A DNA stretch of 20,000 bases, taken from contig JAXLQJ010000037.1 in the NCBI GenBank assembly GCA_046331705.1, positions 58,633 through 78,632 of the forward strand. The letters are read 5' to 3'. The notes below the pieces were generated by a model that did no database searches, was not told the origin of the DNA, and saw only the letters and a program-made list of their open reading frames with translations. Shown one piece after another: positions 7,037 through 15,429 of the stretch. A program made the translations under genes and the position numbers. Position 1 is the stretch's first letter. Every line of letters starts with the position of its first letter. The DNA is from a bacterium. GTDB lineage: Bacteria; JADJOY01.

Positions 7037-9075
7037 TTCGATGTAGCCGAGCGCCCGCAGCCGTTCCTTCGCCTGATCGTCCGCGCGCAACGCGCCCTCC
7101 CCACCCTCGCCGCCCGCCATCGCGAGCGGCGCCGTCCACTCCGTCAGCCGCGCCGCCAGCGTCGACTCTTCGGCGAGCCCCTTGCCCGCGAGGTTGTGCT
7201 CCTCGCCGGGATCGGTCGCGAGATCGAAGAGCTCGTTCTCGCCGTTCGAGCCGGCGATCCACTTCCAGTGGTCGAGCACCAGCGCCCGCAAGGTGCGGTC
7301 GAAACGGGCGAGCGCCTGCGGCCCGTCGGTGCGTCCCGCGAGCGCGAGCTTCTTCTCGAGCATCTTGAGGACCGCGACGGGGCGATGGTACTCGCTCACG
7401 GCGATGTCCCGGGCCGGCTCACGCCCCGACGCGATCGCCGCCAGATCGCGTGGCGCTCGCTCGCTCGCCGGCGGCTTCCTCTGCCCCACGGCGGCGAGCA
7501 CGGTCGCGAACACGTCGTGAAGCTGCACGATGCCCGGCACACGCGTGCCACGCGCGAAGCCGGGCCCCACGACCAGCAGCGGAATCCGCGTGAGCGTCTC
7601 GTACACGCAGAGCTGGTGATCCATCAGGCGGTGCTCGCCGAGGCTCTCGCCATGATCGGCGGTGATCACCAGCAGCGTGCGGTCCCAGCTGCCGCTGGCG
7701 CGCAGCGCCGCGACGATCTCGCCGACCCGATGATCCACGTACGCGAGCTCGCCGTCGTAGAGACGGCGAATCGAGTCGAGCTCCTCGTCGCCGACGCTGG
7801 TCAGGCCGAGCATGTAGTCGAGAAAGCGATTGCCGTAGATGTCCACGCTGGGCGCGCGCCGCCCCTCGAGAAGACGCGAACGATACGGCTCCGGCGGCTC
7901 GTAGGGCGCGTGCGCCTCGATGAGATTCACGAACAGGAAGTACGGCGACTCGGCTCCGTCGCGCTGGATCCACCAGGTCACCCGCCGCGTGGCGTCGCGC
8001 GCACCCTCGTCCGGCTCGATGTCCGCGAGCCTCGCCAGCGCCCGCGGCAACGAGAGCATCGTCCAGGTCGAGCCCCGCCAGCTCTCGAAAAACCGCTCGA
8101 AACCGCGATCCAGGTTCGAGATCGAGCCGACCATCGCGTTGCCCGACGCGGCCCAGGTTCGATAGCCGAGCGCGCGCATCTGCTCCGCCAGCGTCGCGAA
8201 GCGATCGTCGAGCCAGAAATGCTCGCCCGTGGCCCCGTGCTCGCTGGGATAGAGCCCCGTGAAGAGCGATGCGTGCGAGGGCAACGTCCACGACGACGTC
8301 GAGTAGGCGCGGTCGAAGACCACTCCTTCGCGGCTCAGCTCGTTCAGCACCGGCGTGGTCGGATGCGGATAGCCGTAGAGGCTCATGTGATCGGGGCGCG
8401 CCGTGTCGAGGACGATCACCACGACGTTCGGCAGCACCTTCGAGGCGGGTGCGGGACGCGGCGGCAGCGTGCGATCGACGGGCGGCGCCGGCGCGCCGGG
8501 CTGACCGAGAGCGCGAGCGCGCTCAGCACCAGCGCGCCGGCCAGCGCGCGCCGCAGCCAGCGAGCCCGAAGCCAGCGCAACCAGCGCGGGCGCGTCGCGA
8601 GGTCGCCCAGCTTGAACACGAGTCGGTGAATGCCCCAGCAGAAGATCGCGTACGTCGCGAGCCGCGCCGCCACGGGCACGTGGCGAAACCAATCCGGGTT
8701 CTGCGTGGTCTCGGGGTGCTGGGCCAAGCTGGCGTCGGCCGCCGCCCAGAGCCCGAGCGCCAGCCACGCGACGACGGACGAGAGAACACGCAGCGGCAGC
8801 AGGCTTCCCGACTCCGTCGGTACCCGTCGCGCACGCCACACCAGCGCCAGGACCAACCCCCAGACCATGCCCACCACCAGACCCACGGCGCCGTAGCCGA
8901 GCGCCGCGAGACCGACCGAGTGCGCCGTCACCAAGGTGCCGAGGCCCCCCGCTGCGGCGCCCGCGATTCCCGCCACCCAGCGCGACCCGAGCCACCAGAA
9001 GCCCGCCTCGAGAAGCCCGCCGACGAGGAAGCAGACCGCCACGATCGTCGTGGTGGTCGTGACGATTCGCTTCAT
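7034..9075 (-). pseudogene. Membrane-anchored sulfatase-like (alkaline phosphatase superfamily) protein interrupted by a single frameshift near 8460-8520 (true lesion or sequencing error)
   Basis: Frame A (ATG 9075, ATGA overlap with the upstream stop) encodes several transmembrane helices up to ...LALSVSPA. Frame B encodes ...APAPPVDRTLPPRPAPASKVLPNVVVIVLDTARPDH...WTLPSHASLFTG...HAPY...TADHGE...ELFDLATDPGE...ERLRALGY. The span is 2042 nt, one base short of 681 codons. Confidence 0.8.
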
Positions 9076-10730
9076 CGGCTCACCACCTTCTCGCAGATCA
9101 CACCCGTCTCGGGTCCGAGGTCCGATCGAAAGCGCCCGGGAATCAGGTACGCGGATACGTACGTCCAGCTGCGGCGAACGCGAAAGCCGGAGCGTTCGAG
9201 AAGGCGCAGCAGCTCGGAGCGCGCCATCAGCGACACGTGATGCTCACGGCGGTCGGCCTCGGCGTAGAGCCAGCGCCGCAGCCGGTTCAGGTTGGGCGTG
9301 GTCACGTAGAGCAAGCCGTCGTCGGCGAGCACACGGTGCACGTTCGCGAGCACCCGCTGGGGCTCCACCACGTGCTCGAGGACATCCGTCAACGTCACGA
9401 GATCGAAGGAGCCATCCGGCATCGGAAACGGCTGCTCGATCTCGTGCACCGTGAACGAGATCGAGGGGCTGAGCTCGCGCGCGTGCCGCACCGCCGCGTC
9501 CGAGACGTCCATCCCCTCGACCTCGAAGTGACGGGCGAGTCGCCGCGTCAGGTACCCGTAGCCGCAGCCCACGTCGAGGGCGCGGCCGCCCTGCCGCTCC
9601 GCGAGGATCGGCTCCAGCAAGCGCTCGTAGTAGCTCGCCTCGTCGCGATGGCCACACGGCGAGAAGTGGGAATCCACGCCGTCGAAGTAGCGCTCGGTGT
9701 AGACGGCCTTGTAGTCGACGCCTTGCGAGTGATCCGGCACCGGATCCGGCGCAGCACGCCGAAAGCGCACATCGAGCCCCAACGCGCGCTGGAAGGCAGC
9801 CACCCACGCCGTGCCAGCGCACACGACCAATCCCAGCGGCAACGTCCAGGCCGTGCGCGGCGAGCTCGCCGTCAGCCGATGGAAGGCGAGCCGATGTGCC
9901 ACCAGCAACGCACACGTGAGCCCCACGAGCACGGGATGAGCCGTCGGCAGGCTCGTCTTCACGAGCTCGTGGGCCAAGAGCACGAACGGCCGCACCCCGA
10001 CGACCGTGATCAGCAGCGCAATCCACGTCGCCGCGAGTCGGCCATGAGGAACGAAGCCGTGGTACCGGGCGACGCCTTCCTCGATCCGCTCCGCCCAGCT
10101 GCGCTCGGGGGAATCGAGCCCCGACGCGGCGCTCGCGAGCAGCACCACGCGGCCCGCGCGCTTGAGCGCCCGAACCAACGCCCGTGCCCGCAGCGGATCG
10201 CTGCCGATCTGGGCATGGCCGCCGACGCGCTCGTACGCCTCGCGCTGAACCAACAAGAAATCGTCCCAACCCGCGGCTCGTCGATCGCGTGGCCCCGCGA
10301 ACTCGACGGGATCGACGCCGTCGCCGCTCCACTGCGCGAGGGTCGCCGAGATGCCCTCGCGCCAGGGCGAACGGCTGCGGGCGCCGCCGTGGATCGAGAC
10401 CGCGTGAGCGGAACGCTCGTCCGCCAGCCGGACCGCGGCGGCGATCAAGGCGGGATCGACCGCGACGGCGCGCCGAGTGAACAGGAACCAGCGCTCGCTC
10501 CGTCCCGCGAGCAGCGCGCCCTCGTCGCCGACCCGAACCACGACGCGCGCCGGCTCGCCCGGGTCGGCGGATTCCGGACCGCCGGTGGAATCGCTCGAGC
10601 ACGCCACCACCAGCACGTCGCCCGCGGCGAGCGCTGCCGACGACGGCGCGAGGACGATGCGATTGCGCGCGGCGCGCGCAGCACGCACCGTGAGCATCGA
10701 CGCGAAAACGAGGACGAGCCAGTCGAGCAT
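9072..10730 (-). CDS. Fusion of a degenerate membrane GT2-like domain (HpnB/CrtQ-like) and a C-terminal class I SAM methyltransferase
   Basis: N-terminal TM segment, WFLFT, FLLVQREAYERVGGH and C-terminal TM segments as in membrane GT2s, followed by ALDVGCGYG, FDLVTLTDVLEHV and LYVTTPN. ATG 10730 with GAGGT upstream is preferred to GTG 10868. Confidence 0.7.
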   Translation of the reverse strand: MLDWLVLVFASMLTVRAARAARNRIVLAPSSAALAAGDVLVVACSSDSTGGPESADPGEPARVVVRVGDEGALLAGRSERWFLFTRRAVAVDPALIAAAVRLADERSAHAVSIHGGARSRSPWREGISATLAQWSGDGVDPVEFAGPRDRRAAGWDDFLLVQREAYERVGGHAQIGSDPLRARALVRALKRAGRVVLLASAASGLDSPERSWAERIEEGVARYHGFVPHGRLAATWIALLITVVGVRPFVLLAHELVKTSLPTAHPVLVGLTCALLVAHRLAFHRLTASSPRTAWTLPLGLVVCAGTAWVAAFQRALGLDVRFRRAAPDPVPDHSQGVDYKAVYTERYFDGVDSHFSPCGHRDEASYYERLLEPILAERQGGRALDVGCGYGYLTRRLARHFEVEGMDVSDAAVRHARELSPSISFTVHEIEQPFPMPDGSFDLVTLTDVLEHVVEPQRVLANVHRVLADDGLLYVTTPNLNRLRRWLYAEADRREHHVSLMARSELLRLLERSGFRVRRSWTYVSAYLIPGRFRSDLGPETGVICEKVVSR

Positions 10731-10979
10731 GCGCGGAAGCACCTCACGGCGAGCGATGGACGCAAAGCGGCATCGAGGGAGAAGGGCTGGAGCGAAGACT
10801 GCGCGTCCGAGCGACGGGGCGCGCCCATCCCGCGGCGTCGCACCCATTCGTGCTCGCTGATTTAGCACTCGAACGAAGGCGACGAAACGACGCGCGCAGC
10901 CCGCGATGGACTCGACGTGTCGCCGAGCCCGCGACGCGGCGGCGGGCCGGCCCAGGCGGGGCCGACCACCGTAACCCCC

Positions 10980-11017
10980 AAAAGAAGAAACCGGCCGGGG
11001 AAGCCCCGGCCGGTTTC
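10980..11017 (-). terminator. Rho-independent terminator of pilA
   Basis: Perfect 14-bp inverted repeat (10987-11000 and 11004-11017; GAAACCGGCCGGGG / CCCCGGCCGGTTTC) with a 3-nt loop, followed on the minus strand by TTCTTTT. It lies 40 nt after the pilin stop. Confidence 0.92.
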
Positions 11018-11057
11018 CAGAAGACGGGCTCTTGCGAGCCCGACCTCATGCGACAGC

Positions 11058-11495
11058 TCAGTCCACGCGGATGCGGAACGTACGGGTCGCACCACCCTGG
11101 TTCGCCTGCTGGGTGAACGCGATGCCGTTCGAGCTGACCGTCACGAGGCCCACCTGGCACGAACCACCGCCCGGCGCCGTGTTGCTGTCGGCCGTGGTCG
11201 TGTAGGCGCGCTGATTGCGGTTGCGGGGGTTGTCCTCGTCCTGGTGCTTGTTGAGCGCGCAGGTGAGCACGCCGGCGTTCGTCGCCACCGCGCACTGTCC
11301 CGTACCGCCGTTCATCGCGCCGTCGAGCTCGTTCGCGACTTCGCCGTTCAGGGCGACGTAGATGTTGTCGCAGGTCGCGTTCCGCGCCTTCTCACGGGCA
11401 CCGAGAAGCTGCGGGATGGCGATAGCGGCCAAGATGCCGATGATCGCGATCACGACCAGGAGCTCGATCAGGGTAAAGCCCTTGCTATTCCGCAT
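11058..11495 (-). CDS. pilA: Type IVa pilin, probably the major pilin (6-aa leader, 139-aa mature protein)
   Basis: Class III signal [28 protein letters not shown] with G-1/F+1, E5 and P22. It has a purine-rich RBS (AAGGAGAGAGGG), its own sigma-54 promoter and a terminator, as expected of a major pilin. Confidence 0.9.
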   Translation of the reverse strand: MRNSKGFTLIELLVVIAIIGILAAIAIPQLLGAREKARNATCDNIYVALNGEVANELDGAMNGGTGQCAVATNAGVLTCALNKHQDEDNPRNRNQRAYTTTADSNTAPGGGSCQVGLVTVSSNGIAFTQQANQGGATRTFRIRVD

Positions 11496-11582
11496 GTTCC
11501 CTCTCTCCTTTTGCCGCCTGGGCGGCGTTGTGGGTTCCCAGAATCCTCGTTGGTTGGTTCGACAACCAGCACACTGTCGTTG

Positions 11583-11599
11583 AGCAAGGGGGATGCCAG
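11583..11599 (-). promoter_or_regulatory. Sigma-54 (RpoN) -24/-12 promoter of pilA
   Basis: The minus strand reads CTGGCATCCCCCTTGCT against consensus YTGGCACNNNNNTTGCW, with exact GG-N10-GC spacing. Predicted TSS is near 11572. Confidence 0.9.
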
Positions 11600-11845
11600 A
11601 TGGCCGATCTCGCGACCGCGATCACCGCCCCGGCCGAGATCGTCGCGATTCGCCTCCGGCAAATCTGAGCAATCCCGGGACATTATTCGCGAAATCGCAA
11701 CATTCGTGGCGCGCTGCGCCATGCGCGCACGGTGCCCCGTTCTCTCGCCAACCGTGCCGATCGACTGACGATTCACGTCACCGCGAGTGCCCGATCTCGT
11801 CCGCGACCCCGGATCACCGGCCATCTGCACGGGCCCGGGCCGCCG

Positions 11846-13030
11846 TCAGCCGAGAATGGCGAGTGCCTGGTCGAGATCGGCGATCAGGTCGGCGGCGTCC
11901 TCGATACCGATCGAGAACCGGATCAGGTTCTCGCGGATTCCGACCGCCGCGCGCTCCTCGGGAGCCAGCTCGTAGTAGCTCATGAGCGCCGGCTGCTCGA
12001 TCAGCGACTCCACCCCGCCCAGGCTCGGGGCGATGTACGGAATGCGCATGGCGTCGATGAAGCGACTGCCGTCGTCGAGCGTGCCGTCGATCTCGAATGC
12101 GACCACGCCGCCGAAGCCCGTCATCTGCGCCGCGGCGATGGCGTGCTGCGGGTGCGTCTCGAGCCCCGGGTAATGGACCCGAGTCACCCGCGGATGCGCC
12201 GCCAGGAAGCGCGCCACGGCGAGCGCCGACGCGTTCTGGCGCTCGACCCGGATGGCGAGCGTCTTGAGGCCGCGGATGAGCAGGTAGCAGGCGTGGGGAT
12301 CGGGAACCGCTCCCAGGATCGCCTGCAGCTCGCGGACGACGCTCACCAAGCCGTCGCCGCCGACGATCGCGCCCGCCAGCAGATCGTTGTGCCCGCCCAG
12401 GTACTTGGTGGCGCTGTGCACGACCAGGTCCACGCCGAACTCGAGCGGGCGCTGATTCACGGGAGTCGCGAACGTCGAGTCGATGAGCGTCTTGACCTTG
12501 TGCTTGCGCGCCAGCGTCACCAGACGCTCGAGATCGATCACGTGCAGGTAGGGATTGGTGGGCGATTCGCTGACGATCAGACGCGTGGTGGGCCGGATCG
12601 CGCCTTCCAGCGCGTCCCAGTCGTCGGGCTCGACGAGCGTGAACTCGACGCCGAAGCGCGACAGCACCGCGCGACAGAACTGGCGCGTGCGTCTGTAGCA
12701 ATCGCTCGTGAGCACCACGTGCTGACCCTGCGAGAGCAACGCCAGCATCGCGGTGGTGACCGCCGCCATCCCCGACGAGAAGAGCAAGGCGCTCTCGCCG
12801 CCGTCGAGCGCCGCGAGCTTCCGTTCCGCGGCCGCCTGCGTCGGATTGCCGTAGCGCCCGTACTCGGGGCGCTCGATGCGCCCCTCCATGTAGTCGCAGA
12901 GCTCGCCGGTATCGCGAAACGCATACGTGGCGGTCTGCACGATGGGCACGGTCACCCCGTGGCCCGCCTTCACCCGCTCCTCGCCGCCGTGCACCGCGCG
13001 GGTGCCGACACCTCGCCGATCGCTCTCCAT
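11846..13030 (-). CDS. metB: Cystathionine gamma-synthase (Cys/Met metabolism PLP enzyme), plant-type; 394 aa
   Basis: TRAVHGGE, EYGRYGNPT, SSGMAA, ESPTNP, DSTFATP, HSATKYLGGHND (PLP lysine) and SLGGVESL. The real start is ATG 13030, 5 nt after the thrC stop. The ORF-track extension to 13645 overlaps thrC out of frame. Confidence 0.85.
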   Translation of the reverse strand: MESDRRGVGTRAVHGGEERVKAGHGVTVPIVQTATYAFRDTGELCDYMEGRIERPEYGRYGNPTQAAAERKLAALDGGESALLFSSGMAAVTTAMLALLSQGQHVVLTSDCYRRTRQFCRAVLSRFGVEFTLVEPDDWDALEGAIRPTTRLIVSESPTNPYLHVIDLERLVTLARKHKVKTLIDSTFATPVNQRPLEFGVDLVVHSATKYLGGHNDLLAGAIVGGDGLVSVVRELQAILGAVPDPHACYLLIRGLKTLAIRVERQNASALAVARFLAAHPRVTRVHYPGLETHPQHAIAAAQMTGFGGVVAFEIDGTLDDGSRFIDAMRIPYIAPSLGGVESLIEQPALMSYYELAPEERAAVGIRENLIRFSIGIEDAADLIADLDQALAILG

Positions 13031-13035
13031 CGTCG

Positions 13036-14406
13036 TCAGCTCGCCCGCCGCCGGTCGATCTCGCGTCGCAGCGCGTCGCTCACCACCACCGGGTCGGCGG
13101 GAAGCTCGAGCGGAATGTTGCGGTAACGCGGCGCCACGTCCTCGAGCACTCCCTCGTGGTAGCGCACCTTGAACTCGGTGAACTTGAGCCCGTGCGCGGT
13201 GGACACGACCACCACCCGCTCCTTGGGATCGATCACGCCGCGGGCGACGAGCTTCTCGAGCACCCCCAGCGCCACGCCGGTGTGGGGGCAGTTGTACATG
13301 CCGGTCCGATCGGCGCGCGCGGCCGCGTTGGCCAGCTCTTCCTCGGTCGCCACCTCGACGATCCCGTCGAAGCGCTTCAGGACGTCGATGGCCTTGTAGA
13401 CGCTGACCGGATTGCCGATCTGGATCGCGCTCGCCAGCGTCTTGCGCGCCACCACCGGCTCGAAGGACCGGAAACCGTTCTGGAAGCTCAGGTAGAGCGG
13501 GTTCGCGCGCTCGGCCTGAGCCACCACGATGCGCGGCAGCCGATTGATGAGCCCCAGCTCCTTCATCATCAAGAAGCCCTTGCCGAGCGCGGTCACGTTC
13601 CCGAGGTTGCCGCCCGGGATGATGATCGTGTCGGGAACCTCCCAATCGAGCTGCTGCACCATCTCGATGCCGACGGTCTTCTGCCCCTCGATGCGCAGCG
13701 AGTTCATCGAGTTCGCGAGGTAGATCGTCCGATCGCGGGTGACTTCCTTCACCACCCGCATGCAGCCGTCGAAGTCGGTGTCGAGCGAGGCCACGATCGC
13801 GCCGTTGGCGATCGGCTGCACGAGCTGCGCGGTCGACACCTTGCCGCGCGGCAGGAAGACGATGCTCGGGATGCCGGCGGCGGCGCAGTAGGCCGCGAGC
13901 GCGGCCGAGGTGTCACCGGTGGACGCGCACGCCACCGCGTGGATGTCGGTGCCTTCGGAGATGATCTGCTTGACCACCGACACCAGCACCGTCATGCCCA
14001 GGTCCTTGAAGCTGCCGGTGTGGCTGTTGCCGCATTGCTTCACCCACAGATCCGCGACACCGATCTCACGACCGTAGCGCTCCGCCCAGAAGAGATTCGA
14101 GCCGCCCTCGAACATCGACACGATGTTCTCGTCGTCGACGACCGGGCACACCCATTCCTTCTTGCCCCACACGCCGCTGCCGTAGGGCCACGTGGTGCGC
14201 AGGAAGCGATCCTCGAAGAGCCGCATCCAGCGCGCCGCGGCGACCTTCGCCAGCGGCTCGGGATCGTGCACGACCTCGAGCAGCGAGCCGCAGTTCTCGC
14301 AGGTGTAGACGACCTCCTTGAGCGAGTAGCGCGCCCCGCAGCGATTGAAGCATTCGAACCAGGCGTGGTGCGGACTGGTCTCGGCGGATCGATTGGATGC
14401 GGCCAC
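13036..14406 (-). CDS. thrC: Threonine synthase (fold type II PLP enzyme), plant-like subfamily
   Basis: [10 protein letters not shown] (PLP lysine), [27 protein letters not shown] and STAHGLKF, plus an N-terminal CFNRC...CENC cysteine motif. RBS GGAGAGG precedes GTG 14406. Confidence 0.95.
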   Translation of the reverse strand: MAASNRSAETSPHHAWFECFNRCGARYSLKEVVYTCENCGSLLEVVHDPEPLAKVAAARWMRLFEDRFLRTTWPYGSGVWGKKEWVCPVVDDENIVSMFEGGSNLFWAERYGREIGVADLWVKQCGNSHTGSFKDLGMTVLVSVVKQIISEGTDIHAVACASTGDTSAALAAYCAAAGIPSIVFLPRGKVSTAQLVQPIANGAIVASLDTDFDGCMRVVKEVTRDRTIYLANSMNSLRIEGQKTVGIEMVQQLDWEVPDTIIIPGGNLGNVTALGKGFLMMKELGLINRLPRIVVAQAERANPLYLSFQNGFRSFEPVVARKTLASAIQIGNPVSVYKAIDVLKRFDGIVEVATEEELANAAARADRTGMYNCPHTGVALGVLEKLVARGVIDPKERVVVVSTAHGLKFTEFKVRYHEGVLEDVAPRYRNIPLELPADPVVVSDALRREIDRRRAS

Positions 14407-14434
14407 GAATCCTCTCCACGAGCGCGATCGGCGG

Positions 14435-14464
14435 AGTATCCGGAGCCATGCTCCACACCGTCAA
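14435..14464 (-). promoter_or_regulatory. Putative sigma-70 promoter of thrC-metB with a palindrome in the spacer
   Basis: Minus strand TTGACG (14464-14459)-N18-GATACT (14440-14435). The spacer holds GGAGC-N3-GCTCC (14442-14454). Confidence 0.6.
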
Positions 14465-14511
14465 CCGCTCACGGCGCAGGCGCCGCACGCGCCCCGAGCG
14501 CGCGCACGCGC

Positions 14512-15429
14512 TCAGCGAAACGAGTGCGCCCGCGGCCGCTCGCGGCGCGCCGCCGCCGCCACCCGCGGAACGACCTCGGCGGGATCGATGCCCCAGGAGA
14601 CCGGGTCTCCGTCGGGCTCGCCGCGCAACGCCTCCACCCACGGGGCCGCGGGTGCCCACTCCCGCGGATCGGTGGGCCCGAAGATCAGCACCGACGGTGC
14701 GCCGACGGCGGCAGCCAGATGGCTGGCTCCCGAGTCGTTGCCGAGGTAGACGTCCACGCTGGCGGCGAGCTCCGCCAGCTCGGTGAGCGCGGGGTCGCGA
14801 ACGACGTCCGGCTCGGCGCCGAGATCGAGGCCCGCTGCCCGCTCGGCTTCACCGACGACCCAGCTCACCTGCCAGCCCATCTCCCGCATCCGCAGGGCGA
14901 CGGAGCGGAAGCCCGCCAGGCTCCAGCACTTGGTCCTCCCGCCGCTGCCGGGGTGGATCAGCAGCCGCGAGCCGGTGCGTTGGTGCGTCGCGGTCGCCAC
15001 CCAGCTCGCCGTCGCCATCTCGTTCGACACCCCCAGGATCGCCGCCACGTGGACGTGCGCCGAGCGTCCCGCCGGTGGCCGCGCGCTGGCCACGCAGACC
15101 TCCGCAGGGGTGTGCTCGCGGAAGCGCTGGGCGAGCGTGCCATCGGGATCGGCACGCAGCACGACCACCCGAGACGCCCCGCCGAGATCCGCGGGCCACT
15201 CCCTCGCGCTCTCGCCGACCAGCAGCGCACCGAGGGGCCCGTCGAGGTCGAGCCAGCGCTCGATCCCCGCGACCCGGCCAGCGAGCGTGAGCACCGGCCC
15301 GCGCCCCGCAAGCCACACCGAGCCCGGGAGCCGCGTCAGCACTCCCAGCGCCAGCACCACGTCCCCGAGGCTTCCGGGGTGCACGACCAGCGTGGCGCCC
15401 GCGGCCGAGGATGGTGGGTACGCGGTCAC
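14512..15429 (-). CDS. Glycosyltransferase family 9 (ADP-heptose:LPS heptosyltransferase-like), 305 aa
   Basis: HPGSLGDVVL, LIHPGSGGRTKCW, YLGNDSGASHLAAAVG and FGPTDPREWAP. Start GTG 15429 overlaps the IclR stop (GTGA). The ORF-track extension to 16323 is spurious. Confidence 0.88.
   Translation of the reverse strand: MTAYPPSSAAGATLVVHPGSLGDVVLALGVLTRLPGSVWLAGRGPVLTLAGRVAGIERWLDLDGPLGALLVGESAREWPADLGGASRVVVLRADPDGTLAQRFREHTPAEVCVASARPPAGRSAHVHVAAILGVSNEMATASWVATATHQRTGSRLLIHPGSGGRTKCWSLAGFRSVALRMREMGWQVSWVVGEAERAAGLDLGAEPDVVRDPALTELAELAASVDVYLGNDSGASHLAAAVGAPSVLIFGPTDPREWAPAAPWVEALRGEPDGDPVSWGIDPAEVVPRVAAAARRERPRAHSFR

Noticed and set aside
11058-11495. Electrically conductive (e-pilus) type pilin
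   Set aside because: It is a full-length pilin with few aromatic residues and long aromatic-free gaps.
13031-13645. Apparent long N-terminal extension on MetB, reminiscent of the plant CGS regulatory or transit region
   Set aside because: It is an out-of-frame read of thrC coding sequence. MetB motifs begin right after ATG 13030.
14407-14511. SAM riboswitch, T-box or thr attenuator upstream of thrC-metB
   Set aside because: The region is only 105 nt and contains the promoter. I see no SAM-I core, T-box motif, Thr/Ile leader peptide or terminator.
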